64,000 nucleotides of DNA from an uncultured Nitrospiraceae bacterium (GCA_963846575.1 CAWJWJ010000001.1:832001-896000), one strand, 5' to 3'; counted from the stretch's first letter, positions 1 to 10,930 are shown. Numbers and translations: made by a program. The notes: generated by a model not told the origin, from the letters alone.

Positions 1-603
1 ATTCCACTCATACAGTTGCATTAACAGCGAGATACTGTACATAAGATCCTGGGCTCGTTAGAGCTAGGGAGTTCCCTAGTCTTTCCTCCAGGCCTAAGAG
101 GTTCACCTGGCACGCAGGCAGGGCACGCCCAGGTGGACGCATCCAGCAGGAACGGGCATGGCTTTTCATACCCGATCCAGACCGCCCAAGATGTGAGCAG
201 ACTTCGAAGTCGAGGTTAGGCGCTCCGATTCATTCGTGGATCTTGAGTTTTTGACTAGGTGTGGTAGGGAAGTGTCAATTGCCTCAATGAGTACAGCGCT
301 TCCCCTTCTATGGCAGCGAATGAAAGATTTTGGCATCAAGTGCGCCCTCGGCATGAGCAGCGATACCCAGTCCATGCTCGCGAAATTCTGTACGTGGGCG
401 ACGGCCCATTGCGAATGTCATGCGCTGGCGCTACATATCAACCGTACAACCAGCCCGGACATGCGCTTACTGAGAGACAGCCTTATACTTTGCAAGCAAG
501 GGGCCTCTAGCGGAGAGATAGGGTCGATTGTCAGAGGGACCCGGTGACTGTCTGGCGACCGGCGTATGGAAATGATCCAGAACAAAGGAGGATTGCTACA
601 ACT

Positions 604-1848
604 ATGAGCAGCTTATCGCGGAGACGTTTCTTGCAATTGTCGGCCATAACGGGGGGAGCCCTCATTTTTAGTGATCTAGCCAGCCAGGTAGTTGGTCTCA
701 CAGGGACGGGGTCGACTGCCTCTGCGGCGGAGCCGATCAAGGTCGGCATTCTCGATCCGCTCTCGAGTCCCTACAAGACGTCCTCGATCCACGATGTTCA
801 TGGGGCGAATGTGGCCGTGGACCTCTTCAACAAAAGGGGCGGTGTATTGGGACGACCGGTGGTGATACTCGAGGCTGATGATGCATCCAATCCCGAGACT
901 GCGCTCAAAGCCGCGACGAAGTTCGTAAAGGAGGATCGTGTCGATGTCCTAATGGGCACGTTTAACGCCGATTGTGCGCTTGTGGTATCTGACTATGCGA
1001 GGAAGGAAAATAAGTTGTTCATGGTCACGGGCTCTCATCTCCCCGAATTGAGCGGGGCGGCCTGCAATTCACACACCTTCGTATTCATGCCGAATGCGTC
1101 GATGCTGGCACAGGCAGTCGTTCCACAACTAGTAAAGGCGTATGGAAACCGCTGGTATATGCTCACCACTGATTCGCTCGATGGGAAAGCCAGCGCGCAG
1201 GCTATGGTCACTGTTGCCGGGACTCATGGAGTTGACCTCGTGGGGGAAACCCTGATGCCATTCGGCTCCACGGACTTTACCTCGGCGTTGACGGCCGCAA
1301 AAGACCGACAGCCCACGCTCGTTGTGCTCAATCTCTATGGTTGGGACTTAGTTCACGCCCTCAAGGCCTATACCAAGATGGAATTGGCGAAGGACAAAAT
1401 CGGTGTCGGAGGTCTACTCAGCGGCGAGCAAATTGGTCGTCCGTTGGGTTACCCGAATAACGCGGGAATCTGGGGACTAATCTGGGATCCTAAGGTCAAC
1501 ACGGATGGATCTAGGCGGTTTATTCAAAGCGTCGTCGATAAGTATAACCATACGCCGACGTCGCGTTGCTACCTCGGCTATGCTGCGATGACTCAGATAT
1601 TGGAAGCGATTCAGCGAGCGGGCAGTACCGATCCTGGCGCATTGATCAAGGCGCTGGAAGGACACGAATTCGACGGGTTGAAAGAAGGACGGTCATATTT
1701 CCGAGGCTCTGACCATCAGCATATGCAGGATGTATTGGTGGGGCAAGCCTACGGAAAAGAACTGGGTCTTGGGCACTACAAAATCCTGGAGACGGTTTCA
1801 TTCGCCTCTGCCGCGCCGGCTGGTGCAGCGGGTGCCTGCCGGCTGTAA
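604..1848 (+). CDS. ABC transporter periplasmic substrate-binding protein, branched-chain amino acid/amide (LivJ/UrtA-like) family, Tat-exported
   Basis: Tat motif SRRRFLQ after ATG 604 with AGGAGG upstream; IKVGILDPLS...GGVLGRPV..DDASNP motifs; no permease genes adjacent. Confidence 0.85.
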   Translation: MSSLSRRRFLQLSAITGGALIFSDLASQVVGLTGTGSTASAAEPIKVGILDPLSSPYKTSSIHDVHGANVAVDLFNKRGGVLGRPVVILEADDASNPETALKAATKFVKEDRVDVLMGTFNADCALVVSDYARKENKLFMVTGSHLPELSGAACNSHTFVFMPNASMLAQAVVPQLVKAYGNRWYMLTTDSLDGKASAQAMVTVAGTHGVDLVGETLMPFGSTDFTSALTAAKDRQPTLVVLNLYGWDLVHALKAYTKMELAKDKIGVGGLLSGEQIGRPLGYPNNAGIWGLIWDPKVNTDGSRRFIQSVVDKYNHTPTSRCYLGYAAMTQILEAIQRAGSTDPGALIKALEGHEFDGLKEGRSYFRGSDHQHMQDVLVGQAYGKELGLGHYKILETVSFASAAPAGAAGACRL

Positions 1849-1896
1849 CTCCGGGATCAGGAACAGCTCCGCGCGTGATTCTACCGGAAGCTGACT

Positions 1897-3444
1897 TCAG
1901 CGCGAGGAACTGAGGGCTGCGAAGCGAGCAGGGTCTTGCGACGTCTCCCCGGCGGAGGCGACCGCAGGGCTCTGCACGATGACTAACTCCAGCCGTCGAT
2001 TTTTCTGACGGCCCTGTTCCGTGGCATTAGAGGCGAGCGGCCGTGAATCGGCCATACCGATGGCCTTGGTTCTGTCAGGGGGTATCCCGCCGTTGATTAA
2101 GGCACGCCGGGCATTTTCAGCGCGAGCCCAGGAGAGCGCTTTATTATCGGGAAATGTCTTTTGAAGCGCCTTGCTGATCGCTTGGTTGTCCGTATGACCT
2201 GTTACCTGCACAAACCTGTCAGGAACCTGCCCCAAGACAGTACCGATCCGCTTGAGCATGGTCAGGGCATCAGGGGTAAGCGTGGCATCGCCGGAATTGA
2301 ACATCCAGTTGGACGCCAAGGCCACTAGTAACCGGTTCCCGTCCTGCCTCACGCCAATCAGTTTGCGGCCTCCCTCATCCGGCAAAACCTGGAGGACTTC
2401 CGCTTTCATGGCGGCGAAGCTTCCATCGCGAGCAGCTGCTTGGGCTGATATGGTTGGTGCCAAAGCTCCCGTGCTCTCGTCTCTGTTTCCGGACGGAGCC
2501 GTTTTGCCAGATGGCCTTTGTTTCGCGTTTGAGCCAGATGACTGCTTGGATGAGGCAAAGTCTTTCGTGCGAGGCGCCACAGGCGCGCGTTCGGCAGACG
2601 AAACGGCTGGTTGACTGTTTGAGGCGGCTCTGTCCTGAGCGGATTTTTGTCGAGCCGAAACATCGCGCGCCTTTTCACTGACCTGCTGCTCGAGGGCGGC
2701 GATGCGGTGTCGTGCCTGGTAGACCTCGGCGATCATGGCATTGTATTGAGGGATCAACTTCTCGCGCTCGACGAGCCGTGTGCGAACGGCCTCATACGCT
2801 TGATCCCGTTCCTTCAGGCGTTGATCGAGCGTGACGGCTCGTGCCTTTAAGGAGCCAATTGTCGTGGTTGCGGCCTGCAGCTGAGCCGCCAGGCTGTCTC
2901 GTTCTGCCGTGCCTGTCCGGGTTGCACGCAGATCGGAGTCCAGCCGGATGATGTTCGCTTCCATTTCACTGATCCGGCGGCGTGCCAGCTCGAGGTCCGC
3001 GACGACGGCCGCATGCGTTTGAAGTGCGGCCATGTCCTTTTCTCGCGTGGCTGCCTGTTGCTCCAGTGCCGCGATGCGTTGACGCGCCTGATGTAATTCG
3101 CTGGTGGTGACCGCGACCTGGCCGGTTAGTCGGTCTCGTTCCGGTCCCAATTTTTTCAACTCAGCGAGCTCGGCATCTTTGGCACTGAGCAGTTGCTCGT
3201 AGGACGTAGTGGCCACGCGCTCCTCGCGATCTCCCAATTTGCTCTCCAAGTCGCGAATGCGGTCATGAAATTCGCCGAGTGTGGCAAGCAATTGGTTTCG
3301 CTCCTGTTGAAGAGCCTGGAGCTGCACTTCCGCCGGCGAGGGACTCGATGAGTTCGATGCAATTGGTTGAACCCGCGGAGTCGTGGTTTCACATCCTACA
3401 GCGAGGGAACTGAGTAGAATGAGCGTCCGTGCAGCTCGTTTCAT
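1897..3444 (-). CDS. OmpA-C/MotB-like peptidoglycan-binding lipoprotein with long coiled coil
   Basis: Lipobox LAVGC, AAGGAG RBS, heptad coiled coil, C-terminal F.SG...VTGHTDN...LSWARA...NRRLEL. Confidence 0.85.
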   Translation of the reverse strand: MKRAARTLILLSSLAVGCETTTPRVQPIASNSSSPSPAEVQLQALQQERNQLLATLGEFHDRIRDLESKLGDREERVATTSYEQLLSAKDAELAELKKLGPERDRLTGQVAVTTSELHQARQRIAALEQQAATREKDMAALQTHAAVVADLELARRRISEMEANIIRLDSDLRATRTGTAERDSLAAQLQAATTTIGSLKARAVTLDQRLKERDQAYEAVRTRLVEREKLIPQYNAMIAEVYQARHRIAALEQQVSEKARDVSARQKSAQDRAASNSQPAVSSAERAPVAPRTKDFASSKQSSGSNAKQRPSGKTAPSGNRDESTGALAPTISAQAAARDGSFAAMKAEVLQVLPDEGGRKLIGVRQDGNRLLVALASNWMFNSGDATLTPDALTMLKRIGTVLGQVPDRFVQVTGHTDNQAISKALQKTFPDNKALSWARAENARRALINGGIPPDRTKAIGMADSRPLASNATEQGRQKNRRLELVIVQSPAVASAGETSQDPARFAALSSSR

Positions 3445-3615
3445 AAGAGCGCTCCTTGTAGCTGGTGGCGAGATAGCCTGGATCGTAGGAGGCCGGTCGT
3501 AGGGCGAAAGCCGTGGCGGGCTGCAGGTGGAGACGACTGAAGCCAAGCTGACAGAAGAGGATCAGCCGGTCTGAACATGCGTGCCTAGTGTCGGTGGTTA
3601 AAGAAATGCACGCCC

Positions 3616-3648
3616 CAAGAACACGCCAGGCACTCTAGCGTGTTCTTG
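3616..3648 (-). terminator. Stem-loop between the two OmpA/MotB genes (possible terminator or processing site)
   Basis: CAAGAACACGC ... GCGTGTTCTTG 11-bp inverted repeat. Confidence 0.45.
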
Positions 3649-3685
3649 AGAATGATGCAAGCCGCACCGAGCGGATGCCCGATGG

Positions 3686-5002
3686 TCAGTGGCCGACGAC
3701 GATTTCGACACGGCGATTCTTCTGTCGCCCCTCGGGTGTCGAGTTGCTGGCAATGGGCCGGCTATCGGCATGTCCCTTCGTCTCGATTTTGTCGGAGGTC
3801 ATGCCGCCTTCAATCAGGGCTTGGCGAGCACTTTCGGCACGAGCTTGAGAGAGCTCGAGATTGGTCGGGAACCTTTTTGCCAACCGGCCCCTGATGGGAA
3901 CATTGTCGGCGTGACCCGCCACATGAATCGCACGATTCGGGTATTGCTTCAGTACCCCCCCGATGCGACGCAAGACGTCCACGCCTCCGGGTTTGAGCGT
4001 AGGTTCTCCGGAGTCGAACAGCAAGGTAGTGGCCAGGCCGAGTGTGAGCTGGTCGCCCAGCTGTTTCATGGTGACGTTGCCTTTGGCGACTTCGGACTGA
4101 AGGAGTTTCGACAGGTCATCCTTGGCCTCGGCGAGGCTGGTATTTTGTTGTTCCAGCGCTTGTTTGAGACCGGCCATCTCTTGATCTCTTCGTGTAATCT
4201 CGCTGTCCAGATCCGAGGACCGCTGTTTTGCAGCGGCCAGTTCTGCGATGAGTCGTTCACGATCCCCGGCGGTGCTTTTCAAGCCCGCAAGTTCGTGATC
4301 CCGGTTGGTTAATTGCCGTTCCAAATCAGCGACGCGTTGCTTCGCTTGCGAGAGTTCGGATGAAAGGCGATCTCGATCGCCGGCGTTGCTCTGGAGCGCT
4401 GCGAGCTGTTGATCCTTCGAGGAGAGCTGTTCCTGCGCTGAGGTCAGCTCTGCAGCGAGACGGTCCTTGTCCCCCGCGCTGTTTTTAAGGGCCGTAATTT
4501 CGCTCTCTTTCGAGGACAGTTGCGCCTGCAAGGCAGCTATTTCGCCCGCCAGACGGTCCTTCTCTGCGGCACTTGCGCGCAAAGTCGCGAGTTCTTGCTG
4601 CTTGGCTGAGAGCTGCCGTTGGGCATCGGACAACTGACTCGCCAGGCCCTCCTTGTCCGCCGATACGGCGCGGAGGGCGGTCAACTCCCGATCACGCTGA
4701 CTGAGTTGGGACTCGAGCTCGCTGGCTCGGGATTTGGCCTGGTCCACCTCGCCCGTGAGGGAGGCGCGCACTCGGGCGAGTTCCGCGTCGAGTTCCTCGT
4801 TCCGGCGTTGCAAATCGGCGAGCTTTTGTTGCAGCTCGGCGATCGTGTTGTCTCGGGGATCCTGCTTTGGGGGAATCGGCCGAGCCAGCGCTTTCATTTC
4901 GTTCAAGACCCGGCTCGCACTGTCGTTCGGCGCCGGACTGGTGGTGCAAGAAGCCGTAAGCAGGACACCCAGTACTAGAGCGATGGTGCGAACGTTTGTC
5001 AT
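3686..5002 (-). CDS. OmpA-C/MotB-like peptidoglycan-binding lipoprotein with repeated coiled coil
   Basis: Lipobox LTASC, GGAGG RBS, 31/38-aa repeats, C-terminal FDSG..GHADN..LSQARA..NRRVEI. Confidence 0.87.
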   Translation of the reverse strand: MTNVRTIALVLGVLLTASCTTSPAPNDSASRVLNEMKALARPIPPKQDPRDNTIAELQQKLADLQRRNEELDAELARVRASLTGEVDQAKSRASELESQLSQRDRELTALRAVSADKEGLASQLSDAQRQLSAKQQELATLRASAAEKDRLAGEIAALQAQLSSKESEITALKNSAGDKDRLAAELTSAQEQLSSKDQQLAALQSNAGDRDRLSSELSQAKQRVADLERQLTNRDHELAGLKSTAGDRERLIAELAAAKQRSSDLDSEITRRDQEMAGLKQALEQQNTSLAEAKDDLSKLLQSEVAKGNVTMKQLGDQLTLGLATTLLFDSGEPTLKPGGVDVLRRIGGVLKQYPNRAIHVAGHADNVPIRGRLAKRFPTNLELSQARAESARQALIEGGMTSDKIETKGHADSRPIASNSTPEGRQKNRRVEIVVGH

Positions 5003-5077
5003 TGAATCCTCCTTCCCAAAGCATTGATGCCGCTGAAGAGGTCCAAGCGGCCAAGCCATTGTAAGAGTCGCGATAAT

Positions 5078-5503
5078 TTAGCGACGGGATGTTTTCAAGA
5101 GATCCCGAATCTCCGTGAGCAGCACCTCTTCTTTCGGCGGGGCAGGAGGTGGGCCCGGAACGGTAGTTTTTTTGAATCGGTTCATTTGTTTGACCACGAG
5201 AAAGATGATGACGGCCAGAATCGTAAAGTCTAAGACGGTTTGAACGAAAACGCCGTAGTTGATAGTGGCCGCTCCCGCCGCCTTGGCGGCCGCAAGTGAT
5301 TTTCCAACGCCTTCCTCAGTGAGTGGGATAAACAAACTGGAAAAGTCGACGTGCCCCAGCAGGAGTCCAATCGGTGGCATGAGAATGTCACTCACGATGG
5401 AGGACACGATCTTTCCGAATGCGCCCCCGATAATGACCCCCACCGCCATATCCAGTGCATTGCCTTTCACGGCAAACTCTTTGAACTCCCCCATCATGCT
5501 CAT
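5078..5503 (-). CDS. mscL: Large-conductance mechanosensitive channel
   Basis: [30 protein letters not shown]...LLTEIRDLL signature. Confidence 0.97.
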   Translation of the reverse strand: MSMMGEFKEFAVKGNALDMAVGVIIGGAFGKIVSSIVSDILMPPIGLLLGHVDFSSLFIPLTEEGVGKSLAAAKAAGAATINYGVFVQTVLDFTILAVIIFLVVKQMNRFKKTTVPGPPPAPPKEEVLLTEIRDLLKTSRR

Positions 5504-5985
5504 CGCGACGCCTCCTCCTGTGAACCAGATCTAGATCAACTGATATCTCCCGCTGCTCTCTCATAATGCTTACGCTGCCTCCAGCAGGATCGAGAAGAGG
5601 CTACTTGGTCTCAACCTTCGGGGGCATGGTTGTGATGTCGAATGGTCCGACAATCTTCCTCATCAACTCATCCAGGTTCGATCGGAAGCTAGTGTCCCTC
5701 CTCCAGTCGCTGCTTGTAATCCGCCGACGAGTTGAGCCTGCATGAGCCGAGGCAGGCTCACCGATCGCCGCCGATCTGCCGCAACCGGAGGTGTTACACG
5801 CCGGACTTAGTCTCGAGGGTGGTGCGTACTTTCAAATCTGAACGGTGGTCGGTCCGAAATATGCGTAGGCAACTCATACAACCTCTTCGCAAAAAAGAAG
5901 TCAAGTTGGATTCTGCCCCTGCCGTCCCGAACGCCGAGCCTTCCGCTGGATACCCGAGGGGCAGCGATGGGAATGCTTTGCGGGA

Positions 5986-8088
5986 TTATCTCCCGAACAG
6001 ATCCTTCAGCAGGTCCTTGCCTTGCTGTTTCAGGTCCTCCGGCTGTGCGGAACCTTTCAACAGGTTCCCGATGGCGCTTTTGGCTCTTTCCCTGGCCTTC
6101 TCCTGAATCTTGCCGGCGAACATTTTCGTGTCGAGCCCGTAGGAAGGGGTTTTCGTACTCCCGGTAATAAGCAACGGGAGCGATAGCCGCCCACCATTTA
6201 ATGCGACTCTGGCGATGGGCGATCCGGCTGCAATCTTCTGGCTGAGGGTTTGGGAGAGATGCGTATTGAGTTTCAGATTGAGCGATTGGTCGAGACCGAT
6301 CGTGCCGGCTCCGGTGGCCTGAAAATCGTGACTCTCTATGAGGAGCTGGTGAATGGCGATCAGCCCCTCCTTGATTGCAAATTCGGTTTCGATGGTAGAG
6401 AAGGCCGTGGCGTTGACCGTATCAAGTGACACGCCTGCGACTTTCAGTAACGCGGCTGCCTCCCGCAGTAGATTGATGCCGTCGACCCGTCCGTCTTTTG
6501 CCGCTGCGCGCCCGGATCCTGCCAGCGCCTTGACCAGATCGGGATGGGTAAATCCTCGCCCACTTAAGGCCAGCTCGGCTCCAGCTGTGCCGCTGATTGA
6601 AATGTGATCGGTACCGACAGCCTGGAGGGCTGGCCCGAGTTGAAGCCCTTGCAGGGAGACAGTTCCGCTGAAGGGCGGCGTTGCCGTGCCTAGACCGAGC
6701 GTTCCTTGCGTACGCAGCAACCCGCCGAAGAGCTGAAGTGAAAGGTTGTTGAGGCGAGCTTCTTGTCCTTTCATTTCTGCAGTGGCCTGCAGCTCCTTGA
6801 TCTCCACTGGTTTTTTTAAGGGCAGTGCCAGCGGGAGGTCGGCGGTATTCACGAGTTTCGACGTGGCAGTGACTTTGGCCAGTCCCCCTACGACAGATCC
6901 CTTCACATCGATGCGGGAACTCCCCAGGGCGACGATGAGTCCCAGGTCCTGGATGTCTGCCCATTCAAGGGGCGGGGCTGCTTCCTTGAATGGATATTTG
7001 CTGCGCGCGCTGACATGAAAGTTTTTTAGTTCAATCGGTTTGGTGAAAGGCACCGCGACGGGCAGATCTGTTGAGTTGATGCTGCCTGACGCCGCTGTGA
7101 AATTGGCTACGCCCTTTGCGGCCGTGCCTTTGATATTGATCGCAGATCCGCCCATCACCAAGGTCAGGCCTAGATCGGTTACATCGATCTGATTGGTGGC
7201 GGGAGCGTCAGGTGAAATCGGGTACGGGGCGTGGAGTGTGAGGTGGAGGTCCTTGACCTGGACCGAGTTCGTCAGTGGAAGCTTAACAGGCAATTCGGCG
7301 GTGTCGATCTGGAGCGCGGAGATGGTCGCATCCAGGTTCCCTCCCAGAGCTCGTCCTTTTAGGCTTAACGCAGTCCGGCCCAAGGCGAGGTTGAAGCTGA
7401 AGGTTTTGAGATCGAGCGTTTCTACCAGGGGACCAAACGTGCCGTCGACACGAATCGGGAGATTATAGGGCTGTACGGTCGCGCTCGCCTGTACGCGGGG
7501 ACTGTCACCGAGATGTACCGAGGTGAGTAGAAATTCAAGATCTTTGACGGTGTATTCCGTCGGCTTCGTGGTGGATTCATCGCGGTAGGTCAGTATGCCG
7601 CCGTCGATTGAGACTCGGTCCACGGCAAAGAGGGCCAGGGCTTGGAGAGGAGTTCCACCGGCCTTCTCCGGCACTTCAGGTTTCGGTGATGAAGCCTGTG
7701 GTTTGGCACCAATGGTGGATATATTCAACTGGCCCTGGGCGTTTTTTAGGATGGTAATGACCGGATCCCGCAGGGTGATTTCTTCTACATCGACCTTGCC
7801 ACCCAGCAACGGAAGCAGTTTTACTCCGACATCCAGCGACGAGAGGGAGGCGAAGGGGCCCGGGCGGAAGGACGGATCGTCCTGAACAATAAACCCCCCG
7901 ATCCGCGCGCCGATGCGTGGCCAAATGGTCAGGCGGATATCCTTGAGTTCAATTTTGCGGTTCAGCGCCTCTTCAATTAACGGCCGGTAGCGATCCTGGT
8001 ACCTGTTCAGGTCAACCAAAAAGGGCAGCGCCACAATCAGGATGATGAGCAGCAGTATGAGCACACCGATCCCGATCAGGATTTTCAC
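5986..8088 (-). CDS. AsmA family protein
   Basis: N-terminal TM anchor followed by LPFLVDLNRY..IEEALNR; beta-rich body; AsmA-like C-terminus. Confidence 0.8.
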   Translation of the reverse strand: MKILIGIGVLILLLIILIVALPFLVDLNRYQDRYRPLIEEALNRKIELKDIRLTIWPRIGARIGGFIVQDDPSFRPGPFASLSSLDVGVKLLPLLGGKVDVEEITLRDPVITILKNAQGQLNISTIGAKPQASSPKPEVPEKAGGTPLQALALFAVDRVSIDGGILTYRDESTTKPTEYTVKDLEFLLTSVHLGDSPRVQASATVQPYNLPIRVDGTFGPLVETLDLKTFSFNLALGRTALSLKGRALGGNLDATISALQIDTAELPVKLPLTNSVQVKDLHLTLHAPYPISPDAPATNQIDVTDLGLTLVMGGSAINIKGTAAKGVANFTAASGSINSTDLPVAVPFTKPIELKNFHVSARSKYPFKEAAPPLEWADIQDLGLIVALGSSRIDVKGSVVGGLAKVTATSKLVNTADLPLALPLKKPVEIKELQATAEMKGQEARLNNLSLQLFGGLLRTQGTLGLGTATPPFSGTVSLQGLQLGPALQAVGTDHISISGTAGAELALSGRGFTHPDLVKALAGSGRAAAKDGRVDGINLLREAAALLKVAGVSLDTVNATAFSTIETEFAIKEGLIAIHQLLIESHDFQATGAGTIGLDQSLNLKLNTHLSQTLSQKIAAGSPIARVALNGGRLSLPLLITGSTKTPSYGLDTKMFAGKIQEKARERAKSAIGNLLKGSAQPEDLKQQGKDLLKDLFGR

Positions 8089-8309
8089 CGAGCACCTCCG
8101 CTAGAATAGTTTCGCAGTATAGAAACGCCCGACAGGTGGGTCAATGGTTCCGTTGGAGGCCTGGGGCATCGAGTAATTAAGCTCAGAGCTTGAAGCCGGA
8201 ACGGCAAGTGCGTTACGCGCCATGGCCGGTTGCCTCTCAGGCCGTCGCCTTACCTTGCCGCTCGCATACCTGCGTGATAAGATGCCACCCCTTGGAGTCG
8301 TCCGATCGC

Positions 8310-8399
<90 letters not shown>

Positions 8400-8466
8400 T
8401 ACAGCGCTCGTTTGATACCGGCAGGGGCCTGGTTGACCATGAGCGCAGGAAGCCTGCAATATTATC

Positions 8467-8567
8467 GGGGCCGGGCCCTGTGCAATAGAACTCTGTGAAT
8501 CCCGCCAGGTCCGGAAGGAAGCAACGGTAAGCGGTCCGTTCTGTGTGCCGCAGGATCACCTGGCCCC
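8467..8567 (+). ncRNA. ffs: Small SRP RNA (4.5S)
   Basis: Conserved CAGGTCCGGAAGGAAGCAAC domain IV; GGGGCC/GGCCCC closing stem; typical position before dnaX. Confidence 0.93.
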
Positions 8568-8665
8568 ACTTTTCTCGATGCCCGTTTCTACGTGACAGAA
8601 TGCACGTCACACGGGTTCATCACGGACGAGACATGCATCACCCACGGTAGAATCGACGCAGCGAC

Positions 8666-10537
8666 ATGGATTATCAAGTTTCAGCAAGAAAATATCGGCC
8701 TGGGACGTTTGACGACGTGATCGGGCAGCCGCACGTCGTCCAGACGTTAATGAACTCGATCGCGACCAAACGGATCGCGCATGCGTTTTTGTTCTCAGGC
8801 ACGCGCGGCGTCGGGAAAACGACGATTGCGAGGATCTTGGCGAAGGCCCTCAATTGTGAACAAGGGCCGACTGGCACTCCTTGTAACGCTTGTGCGAATT
8901 GTGCGGAAATCACACAGGGAACGTCGGTGGATGTAGTGGAGATCGACGGGGCGTCGAATACCAGCGTCGACGATGTGCGCGAGATTCGCGAGAACGTCAA
9001 GTTCACGCCGTTCCGCGGACAGTATCGGGTGTACATTATCGATGAAGTGCACATGCTCTCGAACTCCGCGTTCAACGCGCTGTTGAAAACGCTGGAAGAG
9101 CCGCCGGCCCATGTGGTGTTTATTTTCGCCACGACGGAAATCCATAAGATTCCTGCGACGATCCTATCGCGCTGCCAGCACTACAACTTTCGTCGTATCG
9201 CGAAAGGCGAGATTGTGCGGCGGCTTCGGCATGTCGCGGAGCAGGACGGGCTGGCCATTGAGGATCGTAGCCTTATGGCTCTGGCGCGGGCCAGCGAAGG
9301 CAGCATGCGTGATGGATTGAGTCTATTGGATCAGATTATTGCATTTGGCGGGAAGACGATATGCCATCAGGATCTCGAAGCTCTTCTGGGCGCGGTCCCT
9401 CAGGAACGGGTACGGGCCCTAGTCGAGGCCGTCATTGAGCAAGACAGTCCCAAAGCCCTACAGGTCATCGCCGGTTTAATGGACCAGGGACATGATGTGC
9501 GCGCCTATTGTGCCGATCTTGTGGAGTACGTGAGGAATATGTTGGTTGCTGCGGTAGTGCCTTCCGGGCCCGACCTGCGGGGCTTGATTGAGGCATCTGA
9601 AGAAGATGTGGTTCAACTGGGGCATGATGCGGAACGGTTCACCGTCGACCAATTACAAGAATTGTTTCGAATGTGTACTGCGGCTGAAGATAGTTTGCGG
9701 GTGAGTGCCCATCCACGATTTGTCTTGGAAACGATGGCGGTGCGTGCCACCCGGCTGTTACGGGTCTCCACCGGGCTGCCGGCTGCGACGGTTGCAATCA
9801 GTCAGCCGGACAAACCATCGCCAGACCATCGATTGAGTTCCCGAGAGTCTTCGCCCTCTCCGGATCGAGTCCCGACGTCTGGCGGGAACCGGGAAGACCG
9901 GACGACGGGGGGAGGACAACGTTCATCAACGGAGGTGTCTTCGTCCGGCAGAACCGCTCCGAAGCTATCACCAACTGTGCCGCACTCTTCAGTCGCCGCA
10001 TCTCCCGTCCCGAGACCCATGCCCGTGCCACCCCCAATGTCTAAACCGGCGCCTCCCGAGCCGACGCCTTCAGTACACGCCATCGCCGCCACTCCCCTCG
10101 TTTCACCGGCCGCAGTGGACGTGAGTTGGGAGCAGTTTCAAGAAGCGGTTACCCTCAATCATCCGAATATTGCCCCGTTCCTTGAAATGGGTCGATTGGT
10201 CGGGATCGAGGGACACCTGATCACATTGGGATTTGCCCGGCAGGCGACCGTGGCACGTGCGATGTTGGAGAAGGAGGATAATCTTCGAGCGTTGGCGGCA
10301 TTGGGACAGACACTCTACGGTTGTGCGTTGCGGGTTCGAATTATCGAAGTGGCGGAGCAGGACCCCCTGGCTACCCCCACGATGAAGCAGATGCGGATAG
10401 CGAAGGAGCAAGAACAGCGCCTCATTCTGACGCAACAGGCAAAGGCGCATCCCCTGGTCAAGCAAGCACTGGAGATGTTCGGTGGAGAACTCGCAGAGGT
10501 TCGCACGACCGTTCCGGTGCAGGAGGTGCAGGAATGA
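8666..10537 (+). CDS. dnaX: DNA polymerase III subunit gamma/tau
   Basis: ARKYRP, GTRGVGKTT, C-x-C zinc module, IIDEVHML, SRC motif. Confidence 0.97.
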   Translation: MDYQVSARKYRPGTFDDVIGQPHVVQTLMNSIATKRIAHAFLFSGTRGVGKTTIARILAKALNCEQGPTGTPCNACANCAEITQGTSVDVVEIDGASNTSVDDVREIRENVKFTPFRGQYRVYIIDEVHMLSNSAFNALLKTLEEPPAHVVFIFATTEIHKIPATILSRCQHYNFRRIAKGEIVRRLRHVAEQDGLAIEDRSLMALARASEGSMRDGLSLLDQIIAFGGKTICHQDLEALLGAVPQERVRALVEAVIEQDSPKALQVIAGLMDQGHDVRAYCADLVEYVRNMLVAAVVPSGPDLRGLIEASEEDVVQLGHDAERFTVDQLQELFRMCTAAEDSLRVSAHPRFVLETMAVRATRLLRVSTGLPAATVAISQPDKPSPDHRLSSRESSPSPDRVPTSGGNREDRTTGGGQRSSTEVSSSGRTAPKLSPTVPHSSVAASPVPRPMPVPPPMSKPAPPEPTPSVHAIAATPLVSPAAVDVSWEQFQEAVTLNHPNIAPFLEMGRLVGIEGHLITLGFARQATVARAMLEKEDNLRALAALGQTLYGCALRVRIIEVAEQDPLATPTMKQMRIAKEQEQRLILTQQAKAHPLVKQALEMFGGELAEVRTTVPVQEVQE

Positions 10538-10857
10538 AGAGTCCTTTCGGGAACATGTCGAATATCTTGAAGCAAGCGCAAGCCATGCAGGAGCAAATGG
10601 CCAAAGTTCAGGAACAAGCGGCGGCCAAGACTGTCTCAGGGACTGCAGGTGGCGGGATAGTCACCGTAACCGTGAATGGGGCGATGGACTTGTTGAGCGT
10701 GAAGATTGATCCGGAAGTCGTGAAATCAGGCGATGTTGATATGCTGCAGGACCTGGTGGTGGCGGCGGGTAATGATGCGCTCAAGAAATCCCGGGAGATG
10801 ATGGCTGAAGAGATGAAAGCCGTGACGGGCGGGATGAAGATTCCCGGTCTTTTTTGA
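10534..10857 (+). CDS. ybaB: YbaB/EbfC nucleoid-associated protein
   Basis: KQAQAMQ..GTAGGG.V.V..NG..DMLQDLV; ATGA overlap with dnaX. Confidence 0.93.
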   Translation: MKSPFGNMSNILKQAQAMQEQMAKVQEQAAAKTVSGTAGGGIVTVTVNGAMDLLSVKIDPEVVKSGDVDMLQDLVVAAGNDALKKSREMMAEEMKAVTGGMKIPGLF

Positions 10858-10930
10858 GTTTCCCGGATGCCCTCTTCGGATGGACGGTAGCATGGCAGTC
10901 GGTACTCCGCATTCCAGGTGAATAGGTTTC

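Noticed and set aside
1..543. Short ORFs at the window start
   Set aside because: No motifs or RBS support; left uncalled
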